In this document: positions 9,114 to 19,089 of the stretch, piece after piece
Layout: each line of letters starts with the position of its first letter
Numbering within the stretch: the stretch's first letter is position 1
Source of the DNA: Armatimonadota bacterium
GTDB lineage: Bacteria > Sysuimicrobiota > Sysuimicrobiia > Sysuimicrobiales > Humicultoraceae
Direction: 5' to 3'
NCBI GenBank assembly: GCA_037446215.1
Contig: JBBIJB010000015.1
Span: 15,840 to 37,076, forward strand
DNA: 21,237 nucleotides
The notes under the pieces: generated by a model
Database searches by the model: none
What the model was told of the DNA's origin: nothing
Seen by the model: the letters and a program-made list of their open reading frames with translations, nothing else
Translations under genes and position numbers: made by a program

Positions 9114-11684
9114 GTGAGTAGGCGTGTGTCACTGGCACTTCTCCTGTCCGTGGTCTTGACCTTCGCAGTGTCGTTCCCGGGGGCGTCGCAGCCGCCCCAG
9201 ACGCCGGTGAACGAGACGCCGAGCGCCTGGTTCGTCGAGTTGGCCGGCGCACCTCTTTCTGACGTGGACGCCGCCTTCACCTCGGCCCAGAGGCAGAACT
9301 ACCTCAGGACGCTCGGCCAGGAGAAGCAGGCCTTCCGTAACGCGGCCCGGGCCGCAGGGGTCTCCTTCCGCGAGATGCGCTCGTTCGACGTCCTGTTCAA
9401 CGGCCTCTCGGTCGACGTGACAGCGAGGAACCTGCCTGCGCTCGCCCGCCTGCCCGGGGTCAAGGCGGTGTGGCCGGTGCTGACCTTCGCGGTGCCGCCG
9501 ACGACCGGGATCTCTGACCCCGAGCTGGCCACGGCACTGGCGATGACCGGCGCGGACATCGCCCAGAGCGAGCTCGGCTACACGGGCGCCGGCGTCCGCG
9601 TGGCGATAATGGACACCGGCATCGACTACCACCACCCGGACCTGGGAGGGTGCTTTGGGCCGGGGTGCCGCGTATTTACAGGGCATGACTTCGTGGGCGA
9701 CGCCTTCAACGCCGACCCGACGTCGTCGTCCTACAACCCGGTTCCCGTCCCTGACCCCAACCCCGACGACTGTCATGGACACGGGACCCATGTCGCCGGC
9801 ATCGTCGGCGCGAACGGGACCGTCAAGGGCGTCGCGCCGGGCGTGACCTTCGGCGCCTACCGGGTCTTCGGGTGCTAGGGCTCCACTACGGCCGACATAA
9901 TGATCGCGGCGATGGAGCGGGCGCTGGCCGAAGGCATGCACATCCTCAACATGAGCATCGGCTCGGCCTTCCAGTGGCCCCAGTACCCGACCGCGGCGGC
10001 CAGCGACCGGCTGGTCAACAAGGGCATGGTGGTGGTCGCCTCGATCGGAAACAGTGGCGCCAACGGCCTCTACTCCGCCGGCTCGCCCGGCCTGGGCAGC
10101 AAGGTCATCGGGGTGGCGTCGTTTGATAACAGTCATGTGGCGTTGGCCATATTCACGATATCGCCGGACAACACGGCCATCGGCTACGGGGTTGCCGCTG
10201 CAGCGCCCCTGCCGCCGACCTCAGGGACCTGGCCGATGGCGCGCACGGGGACCAGCGCCTCAACCGCGGATGCCTGCAGCGCGCTGCCGGCAGGGAGCCT
10301 GACAGGCAAGGCAACCCTCATCCGCCGAGGCACCTGTACCTTCTACACCAAGGCCTACAACGCCCAACAGGCCGGGGCTGCGGCCGTAGTTCTGTACAAC
10401 AACTCGGCCGGCCGGTTCAGCCCCACCGTGGCGGGAACACCCGCCATCACGATCCCTGTAGTGGCCATCTCCGACACAGAAGGCGTCCTGATCAACAACC
10501 GGCTTGCCGCCGGGCCGGTCGACATGACCTGGACCGATCAGTTCGGGACGTTCGTCAACCCCACCGGAGGCCTGATCTCGTCCTTCAGCTCCTACGGCCT
10601 CAGCCCGGACCTGGCCCTGAAGCCGGACATCGGTGCGCCGGGCGGGTTGATCCGTTCGACGTACCCGCTGGAGAAGGGCTCCTACGCGACACTGAGCGGG
10701 ACCTCGATGTCCTCGCCGCACACCGCCGGGGGCGTGGCGCTGCTGCTGCAGGCCAAGCCGAAGACGCCGTCCCAGATCGTCCGCACGATCCTCCAGAACA
10801 GCGCCGATCCCAAGAACTGGTGGGGCAACCCGGGGCTTGGCTTCCTGGACAACGTCCATCGCCAGGGCGCGGGCATGCTGGATATTGACGACGCGATACT
10901 GGCCACGACCAAGATAGAGCCCGGCAAGCTGTCGCTGGGCGAGAGCGCGGCAGGGCCGGCCATCCGGACACTCAAGATCGAGAACAACGCGCCAGTGGCC
11001 GTGACCTACAACCTGTCGTTCGTCAACGCGCTGTCCACCGGGGCAAACACGTTCTCGCCTTCCTTCTTCACATCCAACGCCTCGGTGGCGTTTGGCGCTT
11101 CGAGCGTGACGGTGCCGGCGAAGGGATCGGCGTCGGTCAACGTGACAGTCACCGCACCTGCCACACCCATCAATGGCCAGTACGGCGGCTACATCGTCTT
11201 CACGCCTGTCGGCGGAGGGCAGGTCTACCGGGTGCCGTTCGCCGGGTTCATCGGTGACTACCAGTCGATAGTCGTGCTGACCCCAACGGCGAACGGCTTC
11301 CCCTGGCTGGCCAAGCTGGTCGGGACCTCCTACTTCAACCAGCCCGGCGGCGCCACGTACACCATGGCCGGGAACGACGTTCCCCAGATCCTCATCCACC
11401 TCGACCACCAGGCCCGCCGCCTGCGGATGGAGGTCTTCGACGCGAACACCAACAAGGCGTGGCACAGGGCCTACGACCTCGAGTACATGGGCAGGAACTC
11501 GACTTCGACCGCGTTCTTCGCCTTCGCCTGGGATGGCAAGACGGTGGCAGGGAGGAAGGAGTACACGGTTCCCAACGGGCAGTATAAGATCAAGCTGTCC
11601 GTGCTCAAGGCGCTCGGGGACGACGGCAACCCGGCGCACTGGGAGACCTGGACATCTCCTGTCATCACGATAGCCAGACCTTAG
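9114..11684 (+). pseudogene. Secreted Vpr-like S8 subtilase (signal peptide, I9-type prodomain, S8 domain with PA insert, Fn3-like and Ig-like C-terminal domains), 856 codons, interrupted by one in-frame TAG at 9876-9878
   Basis: ORFs 9114..9878 and 9900..11684 are in the same frame and join as YRVFGC*GSTTADIMIAAM. Catalytic Asp (DTG, 9612) and His (HGTHVAG, 9780) precede the stop. The oxyanion Asn (SIGN) and Ser (GTSM, 10704) follow it. PA motif LIRRG.CTF..K..NA..AGA. SD GGAGGGGG. The family call is firm; pseudogene status is not. Confidence 0.85.
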
Positions 11685-11706
11685 GTACTGCATGGTCCAA
11701 AGCCGC

Positions 11707-11735
11707 GGGGGGATGGGGCAACGCCTCATCCCCCC
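11707..11735 (+). terminator. Strong GC hairpin after the S8 gene (terminator or 3' stabiliser)
   Basis: GGGGGGATGGGGC-AAC-GCCTCATCCCCCC, a 13-bp stem with one G-U pair, 22 nt after the stop. No U-tract. Confidence 0.5.
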
Positions 11736-11762
11736 CGGTCATCAAGGGACCGAGGGCGCCGT

Positions 11763-13151
11763 TTGCGCGCTATGAGATACACCCCTAGGAGCGCAGAGGG
11801 CCAGGCGCTGCTCATCATCCTGGTCATCATGCTCGCCGTTTCGGCCTCGGCGGCCTCGTTCATCTGGTTCATGAACCAGCAGCAGACGCGCGCCGGGGCG
11901 CGGTACCGGAGCCAGGCGGCGCTCCACCTGGCCGAGGCGGGCGTGGGCCGCGCGCTTGCGCTGCTGGAGGCCCGGTGGCCCGAAGCCGGCTCCGCCGGCG
12001 GGAGGTGGCCTCCGGAGGGGTTCTCCGAGGAGACCCTGGTGGGGCCCCTGCCCGGGAGGTACGGCGTGACGTTCGAGCCGGCCGACGGCGGGGCGCTGTC
12101 CGTCTTGAGCGAAGGCAGCGCCGGAGGCGCCATCCGGAGGGTGCGGGCCCGTGTGCAGATGGCATCGCCGGCGCTGCTGTCAGGGGTCTACGCGTCCAGC
12201 GTGATCCACTTCGACGGCCCTGGCGGCGCGCTCTTCGTGGTGCCGTACGGGGTCGAGAACGGCGACCGGCGCTGGGTCCATGTCACGGCCGGCGAGGAGA
12301 TCTGGTTCTCCAGCCCAACCGCGACGCTGAACCTCCCCCCCCTGCCCGAGAACCTCACACCCGGGCCGGTAGCGGCGGAGCCGCGGCCCCTGGCGATCCT
12401 GCTGGCCGACGGCGCCGGGCTAGCGCTCGGCGAGGCCCGCCGCAGGACGGACGCGCAGTCGCTCCATGCCTCGGGCGTCCGTCAGATCGGCGAGGTCCTG
12501 CGCACCGAGAGGATGCCTGCGCCACCCGCGGTGTCCCGCGACTACTTCCGATCTCTGGCCCTCGCCAACACCGCCAACGCAGCGGTCAACCAGAGGGCGG
12601 GTCGGTTCGCGGGCGACGCCGACCTAGAGCGAAAGGCCGACAGCCTGTACGACCCGCGACAGATGGCGGCGGTCCTGGCCTATCTGGCCTCCGCCTCCGA
12701 CCCCACCCTGCTGCACGGCGTGGTCTACGTCACGGGGATGGTGGTCGTGCCCAGGGCGAGCCGCATCGCGATCGCAGACGGGGCGCTCGTCGCCGACAGC
12801 ACGCTGATAGTGGAGCGCGGGGCCGAGCTGTCGGTGACCCACGGAGTGCGCACAAGGGCCTTGCCCGGGGTCATAGCGCTCGGGCAGGGCGCTATCGTGG
12901 TGGCGGCCGACGCCAGACTGCGCGCCCACGGGCTGGTCTACGCGACCCGCGTGGTGGACACGGCGCCCGGAGCGCTGATAGAGGTGGCAGGGGCGATCAT
13001 GAGCGGGGACGCTTCGACCAGCGTCCGGATCAACGGGGCGACGGTGGTCGTGCGCTACGACTTCGGGGTGCTGGGGACGCCCGGGCTCAGCCCGGCCGCG
13101 GGCGGCCCCGCGATCGCTTGGATAGTCTCCTGGGAGGAGCCGCCCAGGTAG
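11763..13151 (+). CDS. PilX N-terminal-domain (minor pilin-like) protein, about 460 aa
   Basis: Class III signal-like EG|QALLIILVIML lacking E5, followed by the PilX-type motif QAALHLAEAGV. The C-terminal half has repeated beta-rich 'HG.VY.TG' units and ends in IVSWEE. Start is TTG 11763 or ATG 11772. Confidence 0.7.
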   Translation: MRAMRYTPRSAEGQALLIILVIMLAVSASAASFIWFMNQQQTRAGARYRSQAALHLAEAGVGRALALLEARWPEAGSAGGRWPPEGFSEETLVGPLPGRYGVTFEPADGGALSVLSEGSAGGAIRRVRARVQMASPALLSGVYASSVIHFDGPGGALFVVPYGVENGDRRWVHVTAGEEIWFSSPTATLNLPPLPENLTPGPVAAEPRPLAILLADGAGLALGEARRRTDAQSLHASGVRQIGEVLRTERMPAPPAVSRDYFRSLALANTANAAVNQRAGRFAGDADLERKADSLYDPRQMAAVLAYLASASDPTLLHGVVYVTGMVVVPRASRIAIADGALVADSTLIVERGAELSVTHGVRTRALPGVIALGQGAIVVAADARLRAHGLVYATRVVDTAPGALIEVAGAIMSGDASTSVRINGATVVVRYDFGVLGTPGLSPAAGGPAIAWIVSWEEPPR

Positions 13152-13158
13152 GATCCGG

Positions 13159-14823
13159 TCAGGACTTCTTCCCGTCCCGGCTTCGCCGCAGCCCCTTCAT
13201 CACACGGCCGATCAGGCCGTTCTCCTCCGAGCGCCGGACTTCGGCCAGCGCGCTGTCGTAGTCGGGGTCGCGCTCGGCGAGCGAGAGCACCTCGCCGGAG
13301 TCGCGGTCCATCCAGTGCTGGGAGCGCTTGCCGACGGCGGCCGTCTCGAGCTCCTGCAGCGTGCCCGCGGAGGCTACGTTGATGCGCTCGATGTGCAGGC
13401 CGTCGCGGCCCCTGACCCTCACACGCTTGCCGCTCTGCTCCTCCAGCGCCCGCACCCAGCCGGTGCCGTCTCGAGAGAGCGCCTCCGCCACCTGGGGGTG
13501 TACTTCTATCAACACGGCAGAGCCCTTGGCGTCGCGCGCCATCTTGCGCGCCTCGCGCCGGACGCGCATCGCCATCGTGCTGGGCGAGAGCACCCGGCTC
13601 CGTCCCTCGCAGTAGGGGCACGGGACGCGCATCACCTCTTCCAGGTCCTGGTAGACCCTCTTGCGGGTTATCTCGACGAGGCCAAGACTGGTCAGGTCGA
13701 TCACGTGCAGCTTCGCCTTGTCGCGCAGCACCGCCGCGCCCAGCGCGTCCATCACCTTCTGTCGGTGATCAGGCTTCTCCATGTCGATGAAGTCCACCAG
13801 GATTATGCCGCCGATGTCGCGCAGCGATATCTGGCGGACGATCTCGCCCACGGCCTCGAGGTTGGTGCGCAGGATGGTGCTGGCGAGGTCCGTCTTCCCC
13901 ACGTACTTGCCGGTGTTGACGTCGATGACGGTGAGCGCCTCGGTGCGGTCGATCACGATGTAGCCGCCCGACTTCAGCCACACCCTCCGCCGGAGCGCGC
14001 GGTCGATCTCCTTCTCCACCCCGTGCTTCTCGAAGAGGGGCTCGTCCGCGGTGTGCAGCACGAGGCGGCTGCGCAGGTTGGGGGCGAACGAGCCGAGCAG
14101 GTCGCCGATCCGGCCGAACTCCTCGGGCGAGTCCACCACGAACCTCTCAACCTCGTCCGTGAACAGGTCTCGGACGATCCTCCGGATCAGTCGAAGGTCC
14201 TGGTAGACCAGGGCGGGAGCCTTGTTCGCCTTGGCCCTTTCGAGGACGCGGTTCCACATCTGCCGGAGGAAGGCGACGTCGTCGGCGAGAGTCTTCTCGT
14301 CGACGCCCTCGGCGGCGGTGCGGACTATTACGCCCATGCCCTGGGGCCTCACCCGCTCGGCTATCTGCCGCAGCCGCTTGCGCTCGGCCTCGCCGGTGAT
14401 ACGCCGGCTCACCCCGACGTAGCTCACCGTCGGCATCAGCACCAGGTAGTGGGCCGGGAGCGCGACGTAGGTCGTCACCCGTGCCCCCTTCGAGCCCATC
14501 GGCTCCTTGGTGACCTGAACGAGGATCTCCTGACGCGGCCTCAGCCGCTCCGCGATCGCTCCGCGGCCGAACGACTCCTCTACCTCCTCGCCGTCAAGGG
14601 GCTGCGAACGGATGTCCGCTACGTGCAGAAAGGCGTTGCGCTCCAGGCCTACATCTACGAAGGCCGCCTCCATGCCCGGCAGGACGTTTGTCACGCGCCC
14701 CTTGTAGATGTTCCCCGCGACCGGCTCCGAGCGCTCGATGAACAGGTTCACCAGGACGCCGTCCTCCAAGATCGCAACGCGCGTCTCGGCCGCCTCGATG
14801 CTTGCGACTATCTCCCTTCCCAT
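13159..14823 (-). CDS. rng: Rne/Rng family ribonuclease (RNase E/G), 554 aa
   Basis: S1 domain GNIYKGRV..VLPGMEAAFVD, catalytic TEALTVIDVNTG and GGIILVDFIDM, Zn-link CPYCEG. SD GAGGAG. Confidence 0.95.
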   Translation of the reverse strand: MGREIVASIEAAETRVAILEDGVLVNLFIERSEPVAGNIYKGRVTNVLPGMEAAFVDVGLERNAFLHVADIRSQPLDGEEVEESFGRGAIAERLRPRQEILVQVTKEPMGSKGARVTTYVALPAHYLVLMPTVSYVGVSRRITGEAERKRLRQIAERVRPQGMGVIVRTAAEGVDEKTLADDVAFLRQMWNRVLERAKANKAPALVYQDLRLIRRIVRDLFTDEVERFVVDSPEEFGRIGDLLGSFAPNLRSRLVLHTADEPLFEKHGVEKEIDRALRRRVWLKSGGYIVIDRTEALTVIDVNTGKYVGKTDLASTILRTNLEAVGEIVRQISLRDIGGIILVDFIDMEKPDHRQKVMDALGAAVLRDKAKLHVIDLTSLGLVEITRKRVYQDLEEVMRVPCPYCEGRSRVLSPSTMAMRVRREARKMARDAKGSAVLIEVHPQVAEALSRDGTGWVRALEEQSGKRVRVRGRDGLHIERINVASAGTLQELETAAVGKRSQHWMDRDSGEVLSLAERDPDYDSALAEVRRSEENGLIGRVMKGLRRSRDGKKS

Positions 14824-14849
14824 CTCGTTTGCTCCTCATCCTGTCCGGG

Positions 14850-15941
14850 TTACCCTCCCGGACGCCGGCGCATCCGGATGCCGAGCAGCAGCCCGGTGCC
14901 GGCGAAAGTTGTGAGAATTGCCGAGCCTCCGTGACTCACGAACGGCAGTGGGATTCCGGTGACCGGCAAGAGGCCCACCGTCATCCCGATGTTCACCACG
15001 ACATGAAATGCGACCATTGCCACGACCCCCGCGGCCATCAGGGCTCCCAGGCGGTCCCTGGCCTCCGCGGCTATTCCCAGGCCGCGCGCTATCCAGACCA
15101 TGTACAGCCCCAACAGCAGCAGGCCGCCCACCAGCCCGAGCTCCTCGCCTACGACCGTGAATATGAAGTCGGTGTGCTGCTCGGGTATGAAGCGCAGCAG
15201 GTTCTGCGTTCCGGCGAACAGCCCCTTTCCGAAGATCTGGCCCGAGCCCACCGCTATCTTCGCCTGGATCAGGGCATAGCCTGCGCCGAGCGGATCGGCG
15301 CCGGGATCTATGAAGGCGGCCAGGCGGCGGCGCTGGTAGTCGTGCAGCATCCCCCACAGGAACGGCATCGCCGCGGCGACGGCGACCGCGACCCCTGCCA
15401 GGTCCCGCGGCCTCGCCCCCGCCACGTAGAGCATCGCCGCCAGCACCGCCACGAGCACGAGCCCGGTTCCCAGGTCGGGCTGGCGGAAGATCAGCAGCAT
15501 CGGCAGCGAGATGTGGAGGGCGAACGGGAAGAGCGACCTCATCCTGGGAAGCGTCCTCACCGAGTCCAGGTGCCGGGCCAGCGTCACGACCAGCGCGAGC
15601 TTGGCCACCTCCGAGGGCTGGAAGCCGCCCAACGGTCCCAACGAGATCCAGCGCTGGGCCCCCATCCGGGCGTCCCCGACGATCAGTACCGCTGCGAGCA
15701 GTGCGAGCGTCCCCACGTAGATGGGCTGTGCGGCCGCCCCCAGGCCGCGGTAGTCCACCGACGCCGCAAGGGCGAGCGCGGCGACTCCCACGGCCAGGTG
15801 CAGAACCCTCGCGCGCAGCAGGGAGCCGGCATCGGGTGAGCCGCGCGAGGCAGAGATCAGCGCAAGGACGCCGAAGCCGACGAGCAGCGCGGTGGTGCCC
15901 AGCAGGGCCCAGTCGATCTCGCGGAGCCACCGCGCCCTCAC
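14850..15941 (-). CDS. rodA: Rod shape-determining SEDS transglycosylase RodA, 363 aa
   Basis: Motifs GAQRWI, FQPSE.AK, QPDLGT, PEQHTDFIF, GEELG and TGIPLPFVS.GGS. GTGA overlap with mrdA. Confidence 0.96.
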   Translation of the reverse strand: MRARWLREIDWALLGTTALLVGFGVLALISASRGSPDAGSLLRARVLHLAVGVAALALAASVDYRGLGAAAQPIYVGTLALLAAVLIVGDARMGAQRWISLGPLGGFQPSEVAKLALVVTLARHLDSVRTLPRMRSLFPFALHISLPMLLIFRQPDLGTGLVLVAVLAAMLYVAGARPRDLAGVAVAVAAAMPFLWGMLHDYQRRRLAAFIDPGADPLGAGYALIQAKIAVGSGQIFGKGLFAGTQNLLRFIPEQHTDFIFTVVGEELGLVGGLLLLGLYMVWIARGLGIAAEARDRLGALMAAGVVAMVAFHVVVNIGMTVGLLPVTGIPLPFVSHGGSAILTTFAGTGLLLGIRMRRRPGG

Positions 15942-17707
15942 GGCCCAACCCTGCGCAGGGCCTCTGCGGGAGCCGCATTGGCCCTGTAGGCCTCGAAGAT
16001 CCTCCGGGCGATCGGCGCGGCGGCCTCCCCGCCGCGCCGCCCATGCTCCACGAACACTACAACGACCAGGGCAGGGCTCTCAACGGGCGCGTACCCCGCG
16101 AACCACGCATGGGGAATCCCCCTGGGGTTCTCCGCGCTTCCCGTCTTGCCCGCGATCGCCAGGCCCGGGACCGCGGCGGCAACACCGGTCCCCCCGTCCA
16201 CGACCGCCCTCATCCCGTCTCGAAGCGTGCGGAGCGCCTCCCCTGGGAACTCAATCCCAGCCGGTCTCGCCTCCGCCGCGAACGAGGCGACCTCGGCTCC
16301 GTCCGGGGCCACGATGCGCCGGGCGAGCCGGGGATGGAACAGGGTCCCGCCGTTGGCAACGGCGCTCAACATCCTCGCCACCTGCACAGGAGTCGCGAGC
16401 ACGAACCCCTGGCCTATGCTCATGTTGAGGGTGTCGCCCGGGTACCAGGACTCCTTCCAGGCCTTCTGCTTCCACTCTGCCGATGGTATCAGGCCCGACG
16501 CCTCTCCGGGCAGGTCGATGCCGGTGGCCTCGCCCATCCCGAGCTCCCGGGCATAACGCCCGAGCCTCTCCTCCCCGAGGGCACGGCCGAGCTGCCAGAA
16601 CATCACGTTGCACGAGACCGCCACCCCGCGGATGAAACCGATCGTCCCGTAGGCGGCGAGGTCCCTGAACACCCACCTTCCTATCTGGATCGAGCCGTTG
16701 CAGTCGTAGGTGCTGCTCCGGCGGGCCACCCCTTCGGTCAGGGCCGCGAGGCCCGTTATCACCTTGAACACAGAGCCGGGCTCGTAGGTGCCCTCGGCCG
16801 CCCGGTTCAGGAGCGGGAGCTTCCTATCCGATATCAGCCGCTGCCAGTCAGCCCGGCTGATACCACCGGAGAAAGCCGCGGGGCTGTAGGTAGGGGCGCT
16901 CGCAAGCACGAGCACATCCCCGCTCCTTGGATCCATGGCCACGACGGCTCCGCTCCTCCCGCGGAGGCCATCCTCGGCCGCCTTCTGGAGGGTAGAGTCG
17001 ATGTTGAGGACCAACGAGTGACCGGGACGTGCGGGCTCCCGGCTCAGCACGCGCACGGGCCGGCCGGCGGCATCCACCTCCACCCGAAGGTGGCCCGGCT
17101 CGCCTCGAAGCGCGGCGTCGTAGGTGCGCTCGACCCCGGTCTTGCCAATCAGGTCTCCGCCCCGGTAGCCGGGCCTCGCGCGCAGCTCCTCCTCGGTGAC
17201 CTCTCCCACGTAGCCGAGCAGGTGCGCGCCGACGGTACCGTGCAGGTAGTCGCGCACCGGCTCTGCCTGAACTATCACCCCGGGAAGGTCGAGCCGCCGC
17301 TCCTCCACCGCTATGATCTCGGCCTTGCCGGCGCCCCTCTTCAGCGGGACCGGCTCGAAGGCGCGGCGACGGGCTCCCTCGAGACGGGAGAGAACCTCTG
17401 CCCTGTCCATCCCCAGCAGCGGGGCCAGCGCCGCGGCGGCCTCGACCTGGTCGGCGACCTCCATCGGGAGCGCGCTCACCGTGAACGCGGCCCTGTTGCT
17501 GACGATTGGCTGGCCCTTCCGGTCGTAGATCACGCCGCGAGGCGCCGGCACGACGTAGAAACGCACCCGGTTCTGCTCGGAGAGGTCGAGATAGTGCTGC
17601 CCCTGGAGCGCCTGCAGCGACCACAGCCGCCCTCCGAGAACCGCGAAGACAAGCAGCGCGACGGCGCTGAGCCGGGCCGCCCGGGGCGCCCAGGGCGAGA
17701 CGTTCAC
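15938..17707 (-). CDS. mrdA: Penicillin-binding protein 2, 589 aa
   Basis: N-terminal TM helix, APRG.IYDR.G, SxxK (GSVFK), SxN (SCN) and KTG. Located between mreD and rodA. Confidence 0.95.
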   Translation of the reverse strand: MNVSPWAPRAARLSAVALLVFAVLGGRLWSLQALQGQHYLDLSEQNRVRFYVVPAPRGVIYDRKGQPIVSNRAAFTVSALPMEVADQVEAAAALAPLLGMDRAEVLSRLEGARRRAFEPVPLKRGAGKAEIIAVEERRLDLPGVIVQAEPVRDYLHGTVGAHLLGYVGEVTEEELRARPGYRGGDLIGKTGVERTYDAALRGEPGHLRVEVDAAGRPVRVLSREPARPGHSLVLNIDSTLQKAAEDGLRGRSGAVVAMDPRSGDVLVLASAPTYSPAAFSGGISRADWQRLISDRKLPLLNRAAEGTYEPGSVFKVITGLAALTEGVARRSSTYDCNGSIQIGRWVFRDLAAYGTIGFIRGVAVSCNVMFWQLGRALGEERLGRYARELGMGEATGIDLPGEASGLIPSAEWKQKAWKESWYPGDTLNMSIGQGFVLATPVQVARMLSAVANGGTLFHPRLARRIVAPDGAEVASFAAEARPAGIEFPGEALRTLRDGMRAVVDGGTGVAAAVPGLAIAGKTGSAENPRGIPHAWFAGYAPVESPALVVVVFVEHGRRGGEAAAPIARRIFEAYRANAAPAEALRRVGP

Positions 17708-18240
17708 CTGATCACACCTCGGCCGATGATCCTGGCGGGATGGCGGCGGAAGATAAGCGCGTCGATCGCGCCGACGGCCGCGTCCGCCGGTCGGGCGAGG
17801 ACCGCGTTGAGCGGCGCGGCCACCGCCGCTGCGCCGAGGGCCGCCAGCCCGGCGACCGGTGCGAGGCCTGTGGCCGTCACGACCGCCCAGGCCGAGAAGT
17901 GGTGAAGGAGCGTGGCCGGGATCGCGGCTCCCGCTACGAGGTAGGGGTGGCGCTGGTTGGCCAGCGGCGCAAACAGACCGATCAGCACCCCTGCCAGGAG
18001 ATAGGCGGTCACAAAGACCCCCAGCGGCCCGCCCGTCACGAGGTCTCGCAGATACCCGGCAACCGCGCCTGCCACCGCGCCGGGCAGGAGGCCGTGCCGC
18101 ATCGCCAGGGAGACGACTACGAGAAGGGCCAGGTCGGGCGGTCCATAGGGCAGCAGCCGCGAGACGAGTGCGGCATCCAGCGCGCCCGCGGCGGCGATCA
18201 GTCCTGCCAGAAGGGAGATCCTGAGTGCCGCCGCCGTCAT
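17704..18240 (-). CDS. mreD: Rod shape-determining protein MreD, 178 aa
   Basis: Polytopic membrane protein with PDL.L and G.L.D...G..LG motifs. 4-nt overlaps with mreC and mrdA. Confidence 0.9.
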   Translation of the reverse strand: MTAAALRISLLAGLIAAAGALDAALVSRLLPYGPPDLALLVVVSLAMRHGLLPGAVAGAVAGYLRDLVTGGPLGVFVTAYLLAGVLIGLFAPLANQRHPYLVAGAAIPATLLHHFSAWAVVTATGLAPVAGLAALGAAAVAAPLNAVLARPADAAVGAIDALIFRRHPARIIGRGVIR

Positions 18241-19052
18241 CTCCGCGGCCCCCCGTCCAGCAGGATCAGCACTTCCTCCAGCCGGTTCAGGGATGCTGCC
18301 GGGCGCACTAGGGCCTCCTGGTAGGCCGCGCCCTGCTCACGCACGACGGACTCCACCGAGCCGACCGGCAGGCCGCGGGGGAAGACGCTCGAGAGACCGG
18401 AGGTGACGACCGCCTCCCCGACGACTATCTCCTGACCGCGCGAGATGTACTTGAGGCGCAGCAGCGACTGCCCCTGGCCCTGGACGACCCCGGCCTCTCG
18501 CGACTGCTGGAGTAGGACCCCTGCGGCGCTGCGAGGGTCCGTGATCAGGAGTACCTGCGAGGTCGCAGCGCCCGCATGGAGTACCCTGCCGACAACGCCC
18601 CCTGTTGAGACTACCGGCGCGTTGCGGCGAACGCCGTCTCTCTCACCACGATCGACCAGGATGACGTCGAACCACCTCGTCGCGTCGCGGCCGACCACTC
18701 GCGCCCCGAGCACACGCCCGGGAAGCTGCTTGCGAATCTCGAGGAGCGCCTCCAGCCGCTGGGTCGCCTGTGCCTGCTCCCGCAGCAGCGCGCTCTCACG
18801 TACCAGGCGCTCGACCTCCTCGCGGAGCCGCGTGTTCTCCGCCCGCAGCTTTCCGATCTCCCGGTAGAGCCTCCAGAGGCTCGAGGCCGAGTTGCCCGCG
18901 CTCGAGAGCGCGCTGTGGGCCGGCCCGATCCAGGAGAGGATCAGCGAGCCGATCGGCCCGACCTCGCGCCTGTCGGGCAGGCGCACCTGCATGGTCAGCA
19001 GCGCAAGCGCCGCCGCGAGGAGGATCGCGACCAGCCCTATCCGCAACCTCAC
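18237..19052 (-). CDS. mreC: Rod shape-determining protein MreC, 271 aa
   Basis: N-terminal TM helix, coiled coil (LRAENTRLREE), GVVGRV, V.LITD and VVTSG...VFP.GL.VG. Confidence 0.95.
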   Translation of the reverse strand: MRLRIGLVAILLAAALALLTMQVRLPDRREVGPIGSLILSWIGPAHSALSSAGNSASSLWRLYREIGKLRAENTRLREEVERLVRESALLREQAQATQRLEALLEIRKQLPGRVLGARVVGRDATRWFDVILVDRGERDGVRRNAPVVSTGGVVGRVLHAGAATSQVLLITDPRSAAGVLLQQSREAGVVQGQGQSLLRLKYISRGQEIVVGEAVVTSGLSSVFPRGLPVGSVESVVREQGAAYQEALVRPAASLNRLEEVLILLDGGPRR

Positions 19053-19089
19053 CTGCCTCTACCGTCCTCCGACGCCCCCCCCTGCGGTC

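Noticed and set aside
9720..9770. Low-complexity stretch encoding PTSSSYNPVPVPDPNPDD as a repeat element
   Set aside because: It is an ordinary Pro/Asp-rich loop before the catalytic His of Vpr-like subtilases, with no true tandem repeat. I saw no CRISPR-like repeat-spacer pattern anywhere in the window.
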